DNA of 63,541 nucleotides, counting the filler, from Octopus bimaculoides (lineage: Eukaryota): NCBI RefSeq assembly GCF_001194135.2. It is 7 parts of 5 records of this genome, joined end to end, with 100 filler letters (N's around TTAATTAATTAA, not from the genome) between each part and the next. Parts side by side here need not be neighbours in the genome. Positions count along the whole stretch, not along the records: positions 38,217 to 53,294 come from NC_068993.1; positions 53,395 to 63,541 come from NC_068983.1; 5 more parts are not named here. One strand, 5' to 3'. The position numbers were made by a program, and so were the translations under genes. Below, piece by piece: positions 51,100 through 63,541 of the stretch; the first letter of the stretch is position 1, and each line of letters begins with the position of its first letter. The notes under the pieces were generated by a model. That model made no database searches. It worked only from the letters and a program-made list of their open reading frames with translations, and was not told the origin of the DNA.

Positions 51100-51220
51100 A
51101 AGGCGGTGTATCAGTTGAGTCGTTTGAGCCTCAGACTTGCGTCTTGCGGTATTTCGTCCATCTCCTTACGTTCTGAGTTCAAATGCTGCCGAAATCAAAT
51201 TTGCTTTAATGCTTTCAGGA
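51100..51220 (+). mobile_element. SINE family A (partial)
   Basis: AAGGCGG...GCGGTATTTCGTCC..TACGTTCTGAGTTCAAAT..GCCGA. Confidence 0.65.
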
Positions 51221-51769
51221 AAAAATATTTCCCCAGTCAAGAAATGTTGTCAATGATGTTAATTAATACTCACCCTTAAAAATTCCTAACATTTATTCTT
51301 AAATTAGAAACAATTCTTTAAGCAACGCAAAGACTATTGGAACTGCACTTTCTTCAACGAAAAAAATTTCAACATGTCCCTAACTACGATAAAAGACAAT
51401 ACATCTTGAATCTACATGGGTCTTTGACAGGTATTTAGGTTACGTTATGGTTATATTACGTTTATGAATTTGTTTTGCAAGGTTGCTGATGTGAAATCGT
51501 TGGTTGAAACAAACAGATATTGTTATATTTCGGGATGGTCATTTTCTTTTTCTTTTCAAATAACCACATGAACTATAGATTCGTTCTTCACTCGTCTATT
51601 ATTGTTCTTATTTTATCCTATGTCCACTGTCAGGAAATCTTTCGTTACACATTTGTGACGGACTAAACAGAACATTTGGAGATACGTGGAGTCGCTGAAG
51701 CGCTCACAGATGTGAGACGAAATATTTGGCAAGTAAAAAAAATATAACAATATGATTATAGAAGTTTCA

Positions 51770-52200
51770 GATTTTGTGACGAGGCCAAAAACTTCGGGAG
51801 AAGAAGTAAGTCAATTAAATCGACCCCAGAGGTCAACGGCTCCTTCCTTTATTGGCCGCCGAAGGATAAAAGGCAACGTCGACCTCAGAAGGTAAAGACG
51901 GACGAAATGCCGCTTAGCATTTTGTCCGGCTTGCTAACGGTTCTGCTAGCTCACCGTCTTTGGTTACTTTATAATTCTGTTGGTTTAAAATTTTGGCACA
52001 AGGCCAGCAATTTCAGGAGAAGGAGAGAGTAAGTCGATTACATCGAACCCAGTGTCCATCTGGTACTTATTTTATCGACCCAGAAAGGATGAATGTCAAA
52101 GTCTACCTCGATGAAATTTGAACTCAGAACGTAAAGCCGGACGAAATGCCGTTAAGCATTTTCTCTGGCATGCTAAACGATTCTGTCCGCTCGCCACCTT
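51770..52200 (-). mobile_element. Two tandem SINE family A copies
   Basis: Units end at about 51960 (CTCACCGTCTT) and about 52200 (CTCGCCACCTT). Confidence 0.82.
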
Positions 52201-52432
52201 TGGGGCTACTTTATACTTATATTACCATATCTTCACATTCTTCAGAAAGAGAACAGTTGATTTTAATTTAAGGAAAATTTACGTGCTATTTCTAACAGTT
52301 AAAGCAGCTACAACAGCGCTCTTTTGGGTCTTTTTCTCTCTCTTCATTTAAGTGTTGAATATCCTCTCTCTTCCGATTGGCACTAACTACTTGGACGCAA
52401 ACATCTGAAATCGAATTAGGCAGAATATAGCA

Positions 52433-52802
52433 AAATAATAATAATAATACCAGCATATGACAACGTTTCTCTAAAAGAAATGGAAAAACTTTCAAAATAC
52501 AAATACCTGGAAATAGAGGTAACTCGAATGTGGAATCTAAAAACAGAAACAATTCCTATCATAGTAGGTGCCTTAGGTATAATAAAAAAATATTCAGACA
52601 AATACATAAAAAAAACACCAGGACTTACAAATATATATAACATACAGAAAATTGCACGACTGGGCACTGCACACATCCTACGCAAAACACTTTCAATACA
52701 GTAACCATAAGAGCACTACAGCAAACCACAACACATACCCAAGGCGCACAGAGCTGCGCTCGGTAGTGAAGTGAAAGCACGTTATAAAAATAAAACTACT
52801 GA
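52433..52802 (+). mobile_element. R4/Dong LINE 3' end (5'-truncated)
   Basis: DNVSLKEMEKLSKYKYLEIEVTRMWNLKTETIPIIVGALG...GTAHILRKTLSIQ*, then the 3' UTR shared with 1720-1800 and an (AAC)n(AAT)n tail. Confidence 0.92.
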
Positions 52803-52828
52803 ACAACAACAACAACAACAACAACAAC

Positions 52829-52876
<48 letters not shown>

Positions 52877-54364
52877 CATGACCTGGCTATTATTTTACCC
52901 AAGTTGAATATAAATAACGACAATGATTGTTTAATGATATCAACGATGGCAATCAGATGCATAAGTTAGCTTTAAAAAATTCAGGACCAGAATAATTCAT
53001 TAAGTCTGTCTTAGTTTAATACTTCTTTCTCCGTTTCTGTCAAGGCGCCGATAAAAATATATTTCTCTGTTTATTTGTCTATCAGATAGAATATCGTTCC
53101 GCCACGCTGGTGCAATGTAATCCTGGCTCCTTGAAATAAGACAAATAAAAACAATATATATATACATATACATACATGCAAATATACATATTTGTATGTA
53201 TATATATAAATATATATACACACATACGCATACATGTACATAAATATGAGTGTATAAATGGAATATACATTTATATATATATATATATATATATNNNNNN
53301 NNNNNNNNNNNNNNNNNNNNNNNNNNNNNNNNNNNNNNTTAATTAATTAANNNNNNNNNNNNNNNNNNNNNNNNNNNNNNNNNNNNNNNNNNNNTATACA
53401 TATATATAGTTGAACATTCAATATTTTAACATTTTAATTTGAAAACTTAGAAATTGTTGTATATGCAAGTAGACAGTTACATATTTATATAGGAATGGAT
53501 AAGATACAGCGCCTGTGCATATTTATTTATTGTGCATTATTTATTTTATCTTATGCATCGATCATTTCTTCGTTTGAATGTTTAGTAGAAAAATATTTAA
53601 AAAAGTATTTTTTTTCCTTTTTCTTTGAATTTGAATAATTTACATTTAGCATTGCGTTGCTTCGTCGGATTGATTTAACTGATAATATGTGTGTGTGATT
53701 ATTGAATTTACTCTAAATCATTGCAGTTGAGTAAATAAAGTAGTTACAATGGATAATGATCTTTGTTTAGCTGTTAAGTTTAAAAACAGACGGATCAAAA
53801 CGATTGAATGCTACGATACACAGTCAACAAATTTGTAAATACAAATCAATATCAACTGCGAAGAAATGTAAAATTCCTTCCTTAATATTTTTTTTTCAAT
53901 AACCACAAATTTACTTCAAATATTAAGTCACAGATATCCGATTGAAATTCCAAATATCAGGGTTTCTTTCGTGATATAAAAGGAAGATTAAGTTTTAGCC
54001 TTATCGTTTCCTTCTATTGACTTTATACGTTGCTCTAAGAATTAATCATTTTCTAGTTCATTCTATCTAAATACCTAAAAAATCACGGAATATTATACAT
54101 GGCAAGGATGAAATAATAAAGATTGGGTAATATTTTTTTTTAGTATTTAAATTTATGGAATATTTTTTTTAGTAAGAAATCAATGAGTTCTTGTATGTTT
54201 TCAATAATTTTATTTTTTCGTTCCATTAAAGTTTATCTACTGATTCATACTGCAATAATCAAAGTAGCAGTTTTTTTTTTTTTGAATGAAAAGAACATGG
54301 CTTTCCTTCGGTTACTTCGACGAGGGATAGATTTCAAAGTATCACTACTCGTGAAATTAGAGTG

Positions 54365-54600
54365 CAAGTGTCTGAGCAGTCCACAGACATGAGTTCTCTT
54401 AGCGTAGTTCTCGGAGAGATTCAACGTGATGCAGAACGTATTAAGATGGGCCCTTTGAATTACACGTACAATGCATTTTTTTCCTGCTTTGTGGGCCGGA
54501 AAAAACAAGGAAAAATATCTCTCTCAAGGACACAATGCCCTACATGGAATCGAAATCATGACCCTATGATCAGAAGCCGATGAACCTAACCACTAACCGA
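54365..54600 (-). mobile_element. tRNA-derived SINE family C (degenerate)
   Basis: CTGAGCAGTCCACAGAC..CGTAGTTCTCGGAGAGATTCAACGTG...GGAATCGAAATCATGACCCT. Homolog of 2110-2384. Confidence 0.7.
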
Positions 54601-55199
54601 CATACATTCACGCCGTTTGGCCATTCTGTTGTAACATCGACAACAATTGCCGTACTGGGTCTCTTTACAACGAACGATAAAAAAGAGATTTTATGAATCA
54701 GAAAACATTGAAATTCTAGAGAGAGTGCGAGATTACGTTTCAGGCATTTTCAAAGGTTCACTACTGAACGGTGCAAAGAAAATGCTTTCTTTAGTGAATC
54801 CGTAGAATGAAAGGCAGTTGACATCAGTAAAGTTTTAAATGTAAACTCATGGACGTCTGAATTTACATTTGGATCTCATTCGGGCACACCAACGTATTTT
54901 AATTTATAGTCATAAATATCATCATTCTTGTAGAAATGATACAGACTCAGTGAAGAGGTTTGGTATAGAAAGAATTATAGAAGCTAGCAACGCCTAAATG
55001 TATGGCAATAGCCATTCTGCATGGACATGATGATGATCACGTGTTATTCAGTAGACACATACATATAGGTGACTATTTGTGTCACATGTAAGCCAGGAAA
55101 ACTTTCTCAATGACAGCACAAACAATGCAGACAGGAAAGGAGCGTACCGTTTGAACATCGTTCAGGTTAATAAACACTTCAACGACTCCTTAAATAAGA

Positions 55200-56760
55200 A
55201 TGGATTATCATAGAAAAAGATGCGTCTTTTTGAAAATATTCTCTTATTCTCTCATTATGGATGACTTGAAATTTCTGAAAAGAAAAAGTGAAACCTATTC
55301 GCTCATTATTGTAATGGTGAGCCCCAGCGATATTAGAAAGAAGATTGATATATTAAAAAATGCAGCCTATTCTATAAGTGGGGGAGGAGCGGTCGCATTT
55401 GCAGGAATAAACAAATGAGAAGAAGCGATTTATGACCTGCTGTCACTGAATATATATACTGAAGATGTATGCAAGGATGTAAATATCGCGAAGAGGAAAG
55501 TGAAAACAAACTCTTTGATAAAATTAAACAATATTTGACACCAAACTTCTAGCTGTTTAATAAATGTTGTCATTGGTTATTGCAGTCGTGCAATATAATG
55601 ATGGAAAATTGAATTGGGCAAAAATAAAGCACAAGCGACAAGCAGAAAAACAAAATAGAAAACATAGGGATGCATAGAATACTTTAATTAAAGGCAGGCC
55701 TTTTCTTGCTGTTTTTTTTTGTTGTTATTTTTGCTTTTAATATGAAGCGAAAAAATCAAAGGAGAAAACTATTTCAATTTTCTGTTTGTGTGGATGATGA
55801 AGAAAAATCTGTAAACAATTCTGTTCAAAGAATGATGCGACTATATTCAAATGCTACGACAAAGAAACGGATTTCTTTTGAATTTAAAGGGAACGATATA
55901 TGCAAGAATTGATGGGATGTAAAGGGAAGAAAATGAAGCTATATCAAGGACTCCACAGGAAAAACCAGGATTACAAGATTTATAACGTAACGATCTTGAT
56001 GGGTTCAAGTTTTAGAATGAGGCCAGCAATTATATTGGGAGGGGTAATTAGGTTGTCTGATAAAAAGAACGCTAAAATAAAGAGACTGTGAGAACTATAT
56101 TGCCAGCGCAAGACCAAGATTTGGGCACGAAATGGAGTATCAACCTTAGGAATGCTCATGTGTCTTCGCTGTGCTACATCTGCAACAAAGTGGGTTAAAC
56201 CATTGCTTTTAACACTAACGAATGCCCTAGATTTGCCAAAACCATTACAAGCTGTGGCAACACGATCATGTAGTGAAAGTGCTACATTGGAAACTCTGCG
56301 AAAACTGGGGGCTAGAGGGAGGCAAGACGTGGTATGAGTACAATTCGCAGAGAGTGGTGGAGTTGGACACTATCAAAATCAACTCAGATTTCCCAATCCA
56401 AACATATGATGTGCTAGAGTATAATAGACCTAGTGGTAGGGGACAAAGAGCGAAAAGATAGATAGATGCAATCCTTGTAAATACGAAATTGCACGGTTAT
56501 GGAAAATAAAGAATGTTAAGATAGTGTCAATTATTTTGGGATCTTGAGAACAGAATCAGAAGTCATTAAGAAGAATATAAAAGAAATTGGAATAGAGTTG
56601 TCAGGAGAACTGTTACAAAATTTTTGCCGCCTTGGAACGCCCATTATAATCAGGAAAGTATTAGAGAGCTGCAAAGAACGAATAGCATGTCACCGTAGAT
56701 TGCAGGTAGTAAACCTAGTAAGCATGCAAGACTGCAGGAGCTCCAGCAAATCCTACGATT
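55200..56760 (+). mobile_element. Old, heavily decayed R4/Dong-type LINE (RT motif to REL endonuclease)
   Basis: SLIMDDLKFLKRKSE (FMDDLK-type RT motif); LCYICNK; HDHVVKVLHWKLCENWGLE...WYEY..YNRP; ends at an (AAT)n array. Confidence 0.75.
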
Positions 56761-56785
56761 AAGATAAAATGATAATAATAATAGT

Positions 56786-56895
<110 letters not shown>

Positions 56896-56904
56896 CAACA
56901 GCAA

Positions 56905-57240
56905 CCTCGAAAAATACCGTAGGAATGAAGACCCAGCTTCGAAATTTCCCCAAGACACCTAATAAATGCTGAAGGGTATATCAGCCGAAACGTTGTGTTA
57001 ACAACAACGAAGATGAGGGCACATATCCATCAAATGTTAATAATGTAAATAATGTACGTAATCTCTGCTCTCTTAAATATAGAGATGTTAATTTTTTTTT
57101 ATCTCCCAACGCTATCAATCTCCACTCATTCTCTTAGTCCGTCTAACTTGCTCCTCTTTGACACTTTGCCTCTCATTCGTAACTTATACTTCTTTTATTT
57201 CGCATTTTCTTTGTCCCACTACGTTCAAACTTTTTACCTT
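56905..57240 (+). mobile_element. Probable PLE pLTR fragment
   Basis: GCTGAAGGGTATATCAGCCGAAACGTT is a degenerate hammerhead-type CTGA..GAAG...CCGAAACGT motif. Confidence 0.4.
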
Positions 57241-57302
57241 TTCCTTCGACGTAAGTGTGACACACTCCACACGTACGTACAAACACAAAAAAACAAAGGC
57301 TA

Positions 57303-57341
<39 letters not shown>

Positions 57342-57412
57342 TTAAGAAGAAGAAAAAGAAGAAGAAGAAGAAGAAGAAGAAGAAGAAGAAGAAGAAGAAG
57401 AAGAAGAAGAAG

Positions 57413-57443
<31 letters not shown>

Positions 57444-57800
57444 GGAAGAAAGAACTAGAAGATCAAGATGAAGATGAAAAGAAGGAGAAGGAGAAGATGG
57501 AAGTGTTAGAAAAAGGAGAACAACAAAAGGATGCGATGAGGACATAGGGAGGAGGGGAGAAAGAAGAATAATAAAAAGAAAAAAAGAAGAAGAAGACGAA
57601 GAAGAAGAAGAAGAAGAAGAAGAAGAAGAAGAAGAAGAAGAAGAAGAAAAAGAAGGAGGAGGAGGAGAAGAAGAAGAAGAGAAAATAAGAGGATTTCGGA
57701 TGAGAAAGAGGAGTAGAAGAAAGAGGAGTGGGAGTAGATGGATAAAGAAGGAGGAGAATGAAGATGTGAAAGGAGGAGAGTAGAAGAAAATGACGAAGAT
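57342..57800 (+). repeat. Long (GAA)n/(GGA)n polypurine tract
   Basis: Two pure (GAA)n runs (about 57345-57440 and about 57590-57650) in a purine-rich stretch. Confidence 0.95.
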
Positions 57801-58826
57801 AAAGAACCACACAAGAAACCTCAACAGGATTGGCTCTCAGCTGATTTTGAGGTTTTATAAATATGTTTTTTTTGTGAAGATGGGTAAGGGAAAATATTCT
57901 GCTCCATACTACAGTTTAGATTGTGAGGAGTGGGAGTGATCGGGAAAGAGGAAAGAGAGTACAGGAACCACGTTGCAGCCCAATGAATGAAGGTGGTATA
58001 TGAATACATTTATATTGAAGATGCGAAATAGATGTTAATAATAATCGCTTAATATTTTTGCAAAACGCCTGAATATGAGATTAAGACAGAAGAAATGAAA
58101 TGCCGGTAAGCACTTTGTCAGCGTGCCAGCCCGCCGCCTTGCACTTGCTAATAATAATAGCATGAACTATATAAAATAAAGAAAATATGCTCGAAATTAC
58201 TAAACGTAGTTAGTGAAATGAATAGCATATATTTGTAGAGAAATATAAAGACAATTAATATTTCATGTGAGTGCTAAGATCAAATAATCCATAGAAATTG
58301 AAGGAAAAAAAATCCTCGACCAAAACAAGCGTGCGGGCACGCACACATACTTATATCTGAGTGAAGAATAAACCAGGTGACTTGATTTTTTTTTAATATA
58401 ACGTCATACATATCATAATGTTTACCTGCGTTTTAGCGTCACACGTATAGTAATGTGTGGTGCAATGGCCATTACGTAAACGATTGCATAGCCACATCAA
58501 AAGAGACCTTCGGAAACAAGTGGGAATTTAATTAATTCTTTTTCTTATCATCTTTAGATCATTGGCAGAGTGATATAAGAACTGTAAGTTGAGGAGTACA
58601 TTGTGTGTATACCATTCAGAAAAAAATAATTCGTATTTCCTCAGTCGTATAACAACAGGAAGATTGAAAGATAAGTAATAATTGGATTCCTGTGGTTTAA
58701 GGAATGCAGGAAATTGCAAGACTAAACTGATGTAGGTAAAAATAATCTCGATGAGACCAAGATAAATGTTTTGCAACGATAATGTAATCGGCTGCATTTT
58801 GGTTATCATGGAATAGTTTTGCGTAC

Positions 58827-58889
<63 letters not shown>

Positions 58890-59899
58890 NNNNNNNNNNN
58901 NNNNNNNNNNNNNNNNNNNNNNNNNNNNNNNNNNNNNNNNNNNNNNNNNNNNNNNNNNNNNNNNNNNNNNNNNNNNNNNNNNNNNNNNNNNNNNNNNNNN
59001 NNNNNNNNNNNNNNNNNNNNNNNNNNNNNNNNNNNNNNNNNNNNNNNNNNNNNNNNNNNNNNNNNNNNNNNNNNNNNNNNNNNNNNNNNNNNNNNNNNNN
59101 NNNNNNNNNNNNNNNNNNNNNNNNNNNNNNNNNNNNNNNNNNNNNNNNNNNNNNNNNNNNNNNNNNNNNNNNNNNNNNNNNNNNNNNNNNNNNNNNNNNN
59201 NNNNNNNNNNNNNNNNNNNNNNNNNNNNNNNNNNNNNNNNNNNNNNNNNNNNNNNNNNNNNNNNNNNNNNNNNNNNNNNNNNNNNNNNNNNNNNNNNNNN
59301 NNNNNNNNNNNNNNNNNNNNNNNNNNNNNNNNNNNNNNNNNNNNNNNNNNNNNNNNNNNNNNNNNNNNNNNNNNNNNNNNNNNNNNNNNNNNNNNNNNNN
59401 NNNNNNNNNNNNNNNNNNNNNNNNNNNNNNNNNNNNNNNNNNNNNNNNNNNNNNNNNNNNNNNNNNNNNNNNNNNNNNNNNNNNNNNNNNNNNNNNNNNN
59501 NNNNNNNNNNNNNNNNNNNNNNNNNNNNNNNNNNNNNNNNNNNNNNNNNNNNNNNNNNNNNNNNNNNNNNNNNNNNNNNNNNNNNNNNNNNNNNNNNNNN
59601 NNNNNNNNNNNNNNNNNNNNNNNNNNNNNNNNNNNATATATCAAACCCACAAGAGTTATCAAGTGAAACAGAGACAGGCAGAAACAAGAAAAATGCCCCT
59701 GTTATTTGAATACTATACAAATATTTCTTTATAAGGATTTTTTTTAAATTTACTAAAATTTAATTTTTCAATAATTAAAAAAAAAAAAATATTATTCATA
59801 TTTATTGTTGAAAAGGTCTCAAGGATCGAAACCGGTTCTGTAATGTTTATTATAAAAGTATTTTAGCATTTTCTACTTTGTCTTTTTTCCAAATATATA

Positions 59900-60740
59900 T
59901 AACTTTGATATCGTAGATATGTTTCGACAAAAGATCGGTCCAGGCCATGTCTAACCTGAGAGGATTAGCTAAATTCTTGTTCAAATCAAGTAGTTCTGTG
60001 GTATTATAGTCCATTCGAGAAGGAAGTTTTTGTTGAGTCGATTGCATCGATGTATAGTTAGCTTATCTGGTATTCTTTGGAGAATTTTTTTTTAGATTCG
60101 GTTTAAAGATAATGGGATCCTTTTTCCTCCTTGACCTATTATGGGACAATGTTAAATAGGACAGGTATATATGTGTTGTGATCCTGAATTTAGTAGGGGA
60201 CTATGGCCCTTGGTCCTACCATTGGATGAATAGTGAAGCTAATGTTGAGGTCGTTTTGGCAAAATGATGTATCGCTCACGGCGGCGCTATATATAATAGA
60301 ATTGCGACGCTTTAAGGCGATCCCATTAATCGATATCAGTCATGTGCTTAATTCCTTTAGTCAATGATCTCTGGGGTGATAAATTTTTGAGACGTTTTGT
60401 TTTGCATGGGAGAGACCACAGGGGGCAGCATTATTTGAGGTATGACCGTACATAAGAGAGAAAAAAAGGAAATGATGACTCCTTGTTCTCTGACCGGAAC
60501 GTACTTAGGATCCAGGAGCTCATCCTGTGAGCTATATCGACCTTTTTGTTGGTGTGGGTGCTCCAGCTCAGATCGTTATCAACATTTATTCCTAGGTCTC
60601 TCATACTACCAGATGCTGTGAGTGGTTCTTCCAAAGGAAGAGATTATGACAGACATGAGTCGAAGGGAAGCATTAAACCTTTAGGTTTTCAACATGGGCA
60701 ATGCTTGAAATTTAACTTCTCAACTATCTGTAACATTATA
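59900..60740 (-). mobile_element. CR1-group LINE RT C-terminal fragment (decayed)
   Basis: RDLGINVDNDLSWSTH...RMSSWILSTFRS...SYVRSYLK*CCPLWS, the CR1/L2 post-RT motifs LG...D..L.W..H and Y.CP.WSP. Confidence 0.8.
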
Positions 60741-62571
60741 TGTAGGAAAACATAAAACGTATTTGCCAATTAGTAGTTATCGCAAAGCACAGAATTGTAT
60801 ATTGCAAAGGGCTGATAACTAATAGTTAGGCTAATGGTCACTCGTTGATTAAGTTGTGTTTTCTATTTCTGGGCAGAGATGCGTTGGGCGTTGTTGGTTA
60901 AGCTAGTGTATTTAACTTTACTAGTTCCTTTACCAATGAAACATGTGTATACAATTAACAGTGCACCCTATAAGCATCAATTTAACCCATAGCAATGGAA
61001 AAGGTAATACTCTCAGTTAATTCATGTTACGTCCAGTGAATTGGTGTTTCTTTATACTCTTATATAATTTTAATACTCGGAGAACAAACATTTTGAGGTT
61101 GAATTGATGTATTAACGGAGGAAACACAGATATAAAAGTAAATATTTCAATTCAGACTTTTAATAAAAGTTCAAAGTGTATATTTTGCATGTTTGAAACA
61201 GCATCCAAATCTACCTCAATTCATTTCGTACCACAGTAAATGGAAAAGCTCAAATGGATATTATAATCCAAATGTTTACCTGGATATAAATCTATATAGT
61301 CAGGGCTTAAAATAGAGGAAGTAATAATATTAGACAATTTATATTTCAAAATGTTTGTTGATGTACAATATGCAGTCTATTCATTTGAAATAAGTTGTCT
61401 GTAATCACTTCCAGTTATAGAAACTATTACCTATAACCCAGTCAGTGGATAAGATTTCTCAATCTCCAGCTTAAGTTACGTGAACTCGGGCACCACTGTG
61501 AGACAATTGTATCGCTCCATCTACCTGGGATAGCTTTCCATCGCTCCATTTGTCACCAGTTATTTCATTCTGTTATTCTGGACTTAGTGTGTACTGCATC
61601 TCGAAATTAAGAGAGCCAAGTTTCTCTGAAATCCTGTGTCGGCAATCACTGTGAAATCATTGCCGAGGTTAGTTCTCGGCATATTTGAGTTGATTTCATT
61701 TACTACGCAATGTAAAAGCTTTCAAGAGTTCTATGTAAGAAAGATAATAATAAATCATATATAGTAAAATTATTTATTTGTAAACTGACTCTAGAAATTA
61801 TGCAACAATATTTATTTGCATAACTAAGAATATTTTCATCACAAAACTACATCAAGTATCCAGGGAGAAGAGACCATGATAAAAGATGAAATAGTACGGT
61901 AGCAGCACGCATTAGAGAAACGTCATAGACAGTTATGATCTGAACAAAAATTTCATTACTTGAAAGTGTTAGCTCGTAAATTAAAACTTTAATATCTTAA
62001 CGTTTTTTTTATTATGTTTCCATAGCTTTTAGTTCTAGATTTTGTGTTCGTGATAAATTTTGATACAAATAAATATTTGCAAAATAAATAAGTTTTAGTT
62101 TATCATTTATATAACAGCGGTACATACGTACTCGTGTCCGTCACTTGAATCGCTTAGTTTTGTTACGAATAGTAAAAGAAATAAAAGAAACTGAATAATG
62201 CAAGAAAGAACCTGAAAAGAAAAGAATTTTGCGAAAACAGACGTTTAATTTAATATTCTATATACTGTTTTATTTTCATCCCCATGTTACATTCAAAATA
62301 TCACCATGACCTAGTATCTAAGAAGTAATAGAGATATAAGGTTCACAGTTATTTTAATGACGAAGTGATCACATGGCAAATAGAAATAAAACTTTTAACA
62401 CATGCCTCACTCATCTCAGAAACTACCAACGATTGCATCTTTAGAATACATTTCCACAGTTATAATACATACTGACAGTATTTTCGTTATTGTCTGCAAC
62501 GCACTAAACTGTAATTCCCACTCATGCGAACTACCATAAACATATTATTCTATATTCACTCCTTAAGTACC

Positions 62572-62955
62572 ACGCGGCCGGTACCGTATCCGTGACGGGG
62601 TCCGATTCGCGAGTTTGCGGGTCGGACCCGGCGGAATAGTCACGCTCTAGGTGAACCTCACACCCCAAGGGGGTCCAGACTACTATGTAGGGTAGTCGTC
62701 GATCGGACGGTCGTTCCCTCTGACTCGCACACCCAACCGCAGCTGATTGAAAGGCAGACGGTCGGCCGGCGGCCGGCCGGCCGGTCGCCGCCGCGTACCC
62801 GCAGAGCCGATCAAAAGCGGCCGAATTGATAGCGACGACTAGGCGGCGGAAAGACGGTTCGGCCGGCGTATTTCCGCCGGCGAAACGCAGGTTTCGATCG
62901 AAAGCGGCCCGAATTCAGGGCGACGACTAGGCGGCGGCTGTGGAAAGACGGTAAT
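62572..62955. promoter_or_regulatory. GC- and CpG-rich island of unknown identity (candidate promoter/non-coding first exon or structured element)
   Basis: The only strongly GC/CpG-rich unique segment in the window. It has several perfect hairpins, an internal duplication, and a possible donor GACG|GTAATA at 62951. The function is inferred only. Confidence 0.35.
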
Positions 62956-63255
62956 ACTATCTCCGAGAAACCGAACCTTAAATCTATACAACAATCTTTA
63001 AAAACTTCGACGTGTTTCTTAGTTATGCGACAATGAACCAATACTGATATCATAACACCCACTATTATTCCATAATTCATAGAAATATACTACACTATGC
63101 AATACGTATTTTAACTTGCAAGGAACAAACAAATATTATGACAAAAATGAAAGTGTCTGAATCAGAAGAACTCGTATATTACATCTACAAACATTCAATG
63201 ACAGATTAGTAATATTTCCAACAACGCAGCAATACACATTATACCAACACATATA

Positions 63256-63293
<38 letters not shown>

Positions 63294-63299
63294 TTTACT

Positions 63300-63500
63300 C
63301 TTTTACTTGTTTCAGTCCTTTGACTACGGCCATGCTGGAGCACCGCCTTTTAGTCGAGCAAATCGACCCCAGGACTTATTCTTTAGAAGCCTAGTACTTA
63401 TTATATCGATCTCTTTTGCCGAACCGCTAAGTTACGGGGACATAAACACACCAGCATCGGTTGTCAAGCGATGTTGGGGGGACAAACACACACATACAAA
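63300..63500 (-). mobile_element. SINE family B, 3' half (well conserved)
   Basis: Reverse complement of the tail at 30530-30740. Confidence 0.88.
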
Positions 63501-63541
63501 CATACACACCCACACATACATATATATATATATATATACAT

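Noticed and set aside
10797-53350. TTAATTAATTAA islands inside N runs at 10797, 27370, 31117, 34943, 38161 and 53339
   Set aside because: An identical 12-mer centred in gaps, with stops in all frames, is an assembly spacer artefact. It also means contiguity across these gaps is uncertain.
61470-61734. Exon-like segment between TTTCTCAATCTCCAG and GTAAGA
   Set aside because: The frame I translated stops after about 46 codons and shows no recognisable protein motif, so I found no support for a coding exon.
62646-62685. TAGGTGAACCT (like the 18S rRNA 3' end) and CCAGACTACT (like RNase P CR-V)
   Set aside because: Only 10-11 nt matches. The flanking 18S sequence and the RNase P CR-I/P4 partner are absent.

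Overview
Repeat-saturated, AT-rich animal genomic DNA with many N gaps. The repeat families (tRNA-derived SINEs, R4/Dong LINEs in (TAA)n arrays, Penelope-like elements, dense microsatellites) look like a coleoid cephalopod, most likely Octopus; this is inferred from pattern recognition, not a database hit. I could not support any host protein-coding exon, rRNA, tRNA or CRISPR array, and most ORF-track entries are translated microsatellites, N runs or antisense shadows. The window contains decayed fragments of R4/Dong (at least 7), Penelope-like elements (PLEs) of at least two endonuclease types, RTE, CR1-group and Helitron elements, three tRNA-derived SINE families, and Tc1/mariner- and hAT-type MITEs. 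Main observations: (1) two diverged PLE GIY-YIG endonuclease copies (25420-26510 minus; 35083-35835 plus) each carry a long Ser/Thr/Asn-rich insertion (about 190 and about 130 codons) between the GIY-like and YIG motifs, where about 10 residues are normal; (2) three unrelated type I hammerhead ribozyme motifs that can be folded by hand, plus degenerate copies; (3) one strongly CpG-rich, hairpin-rich, internally duplicated island at about 62570-62955 of unknown function.
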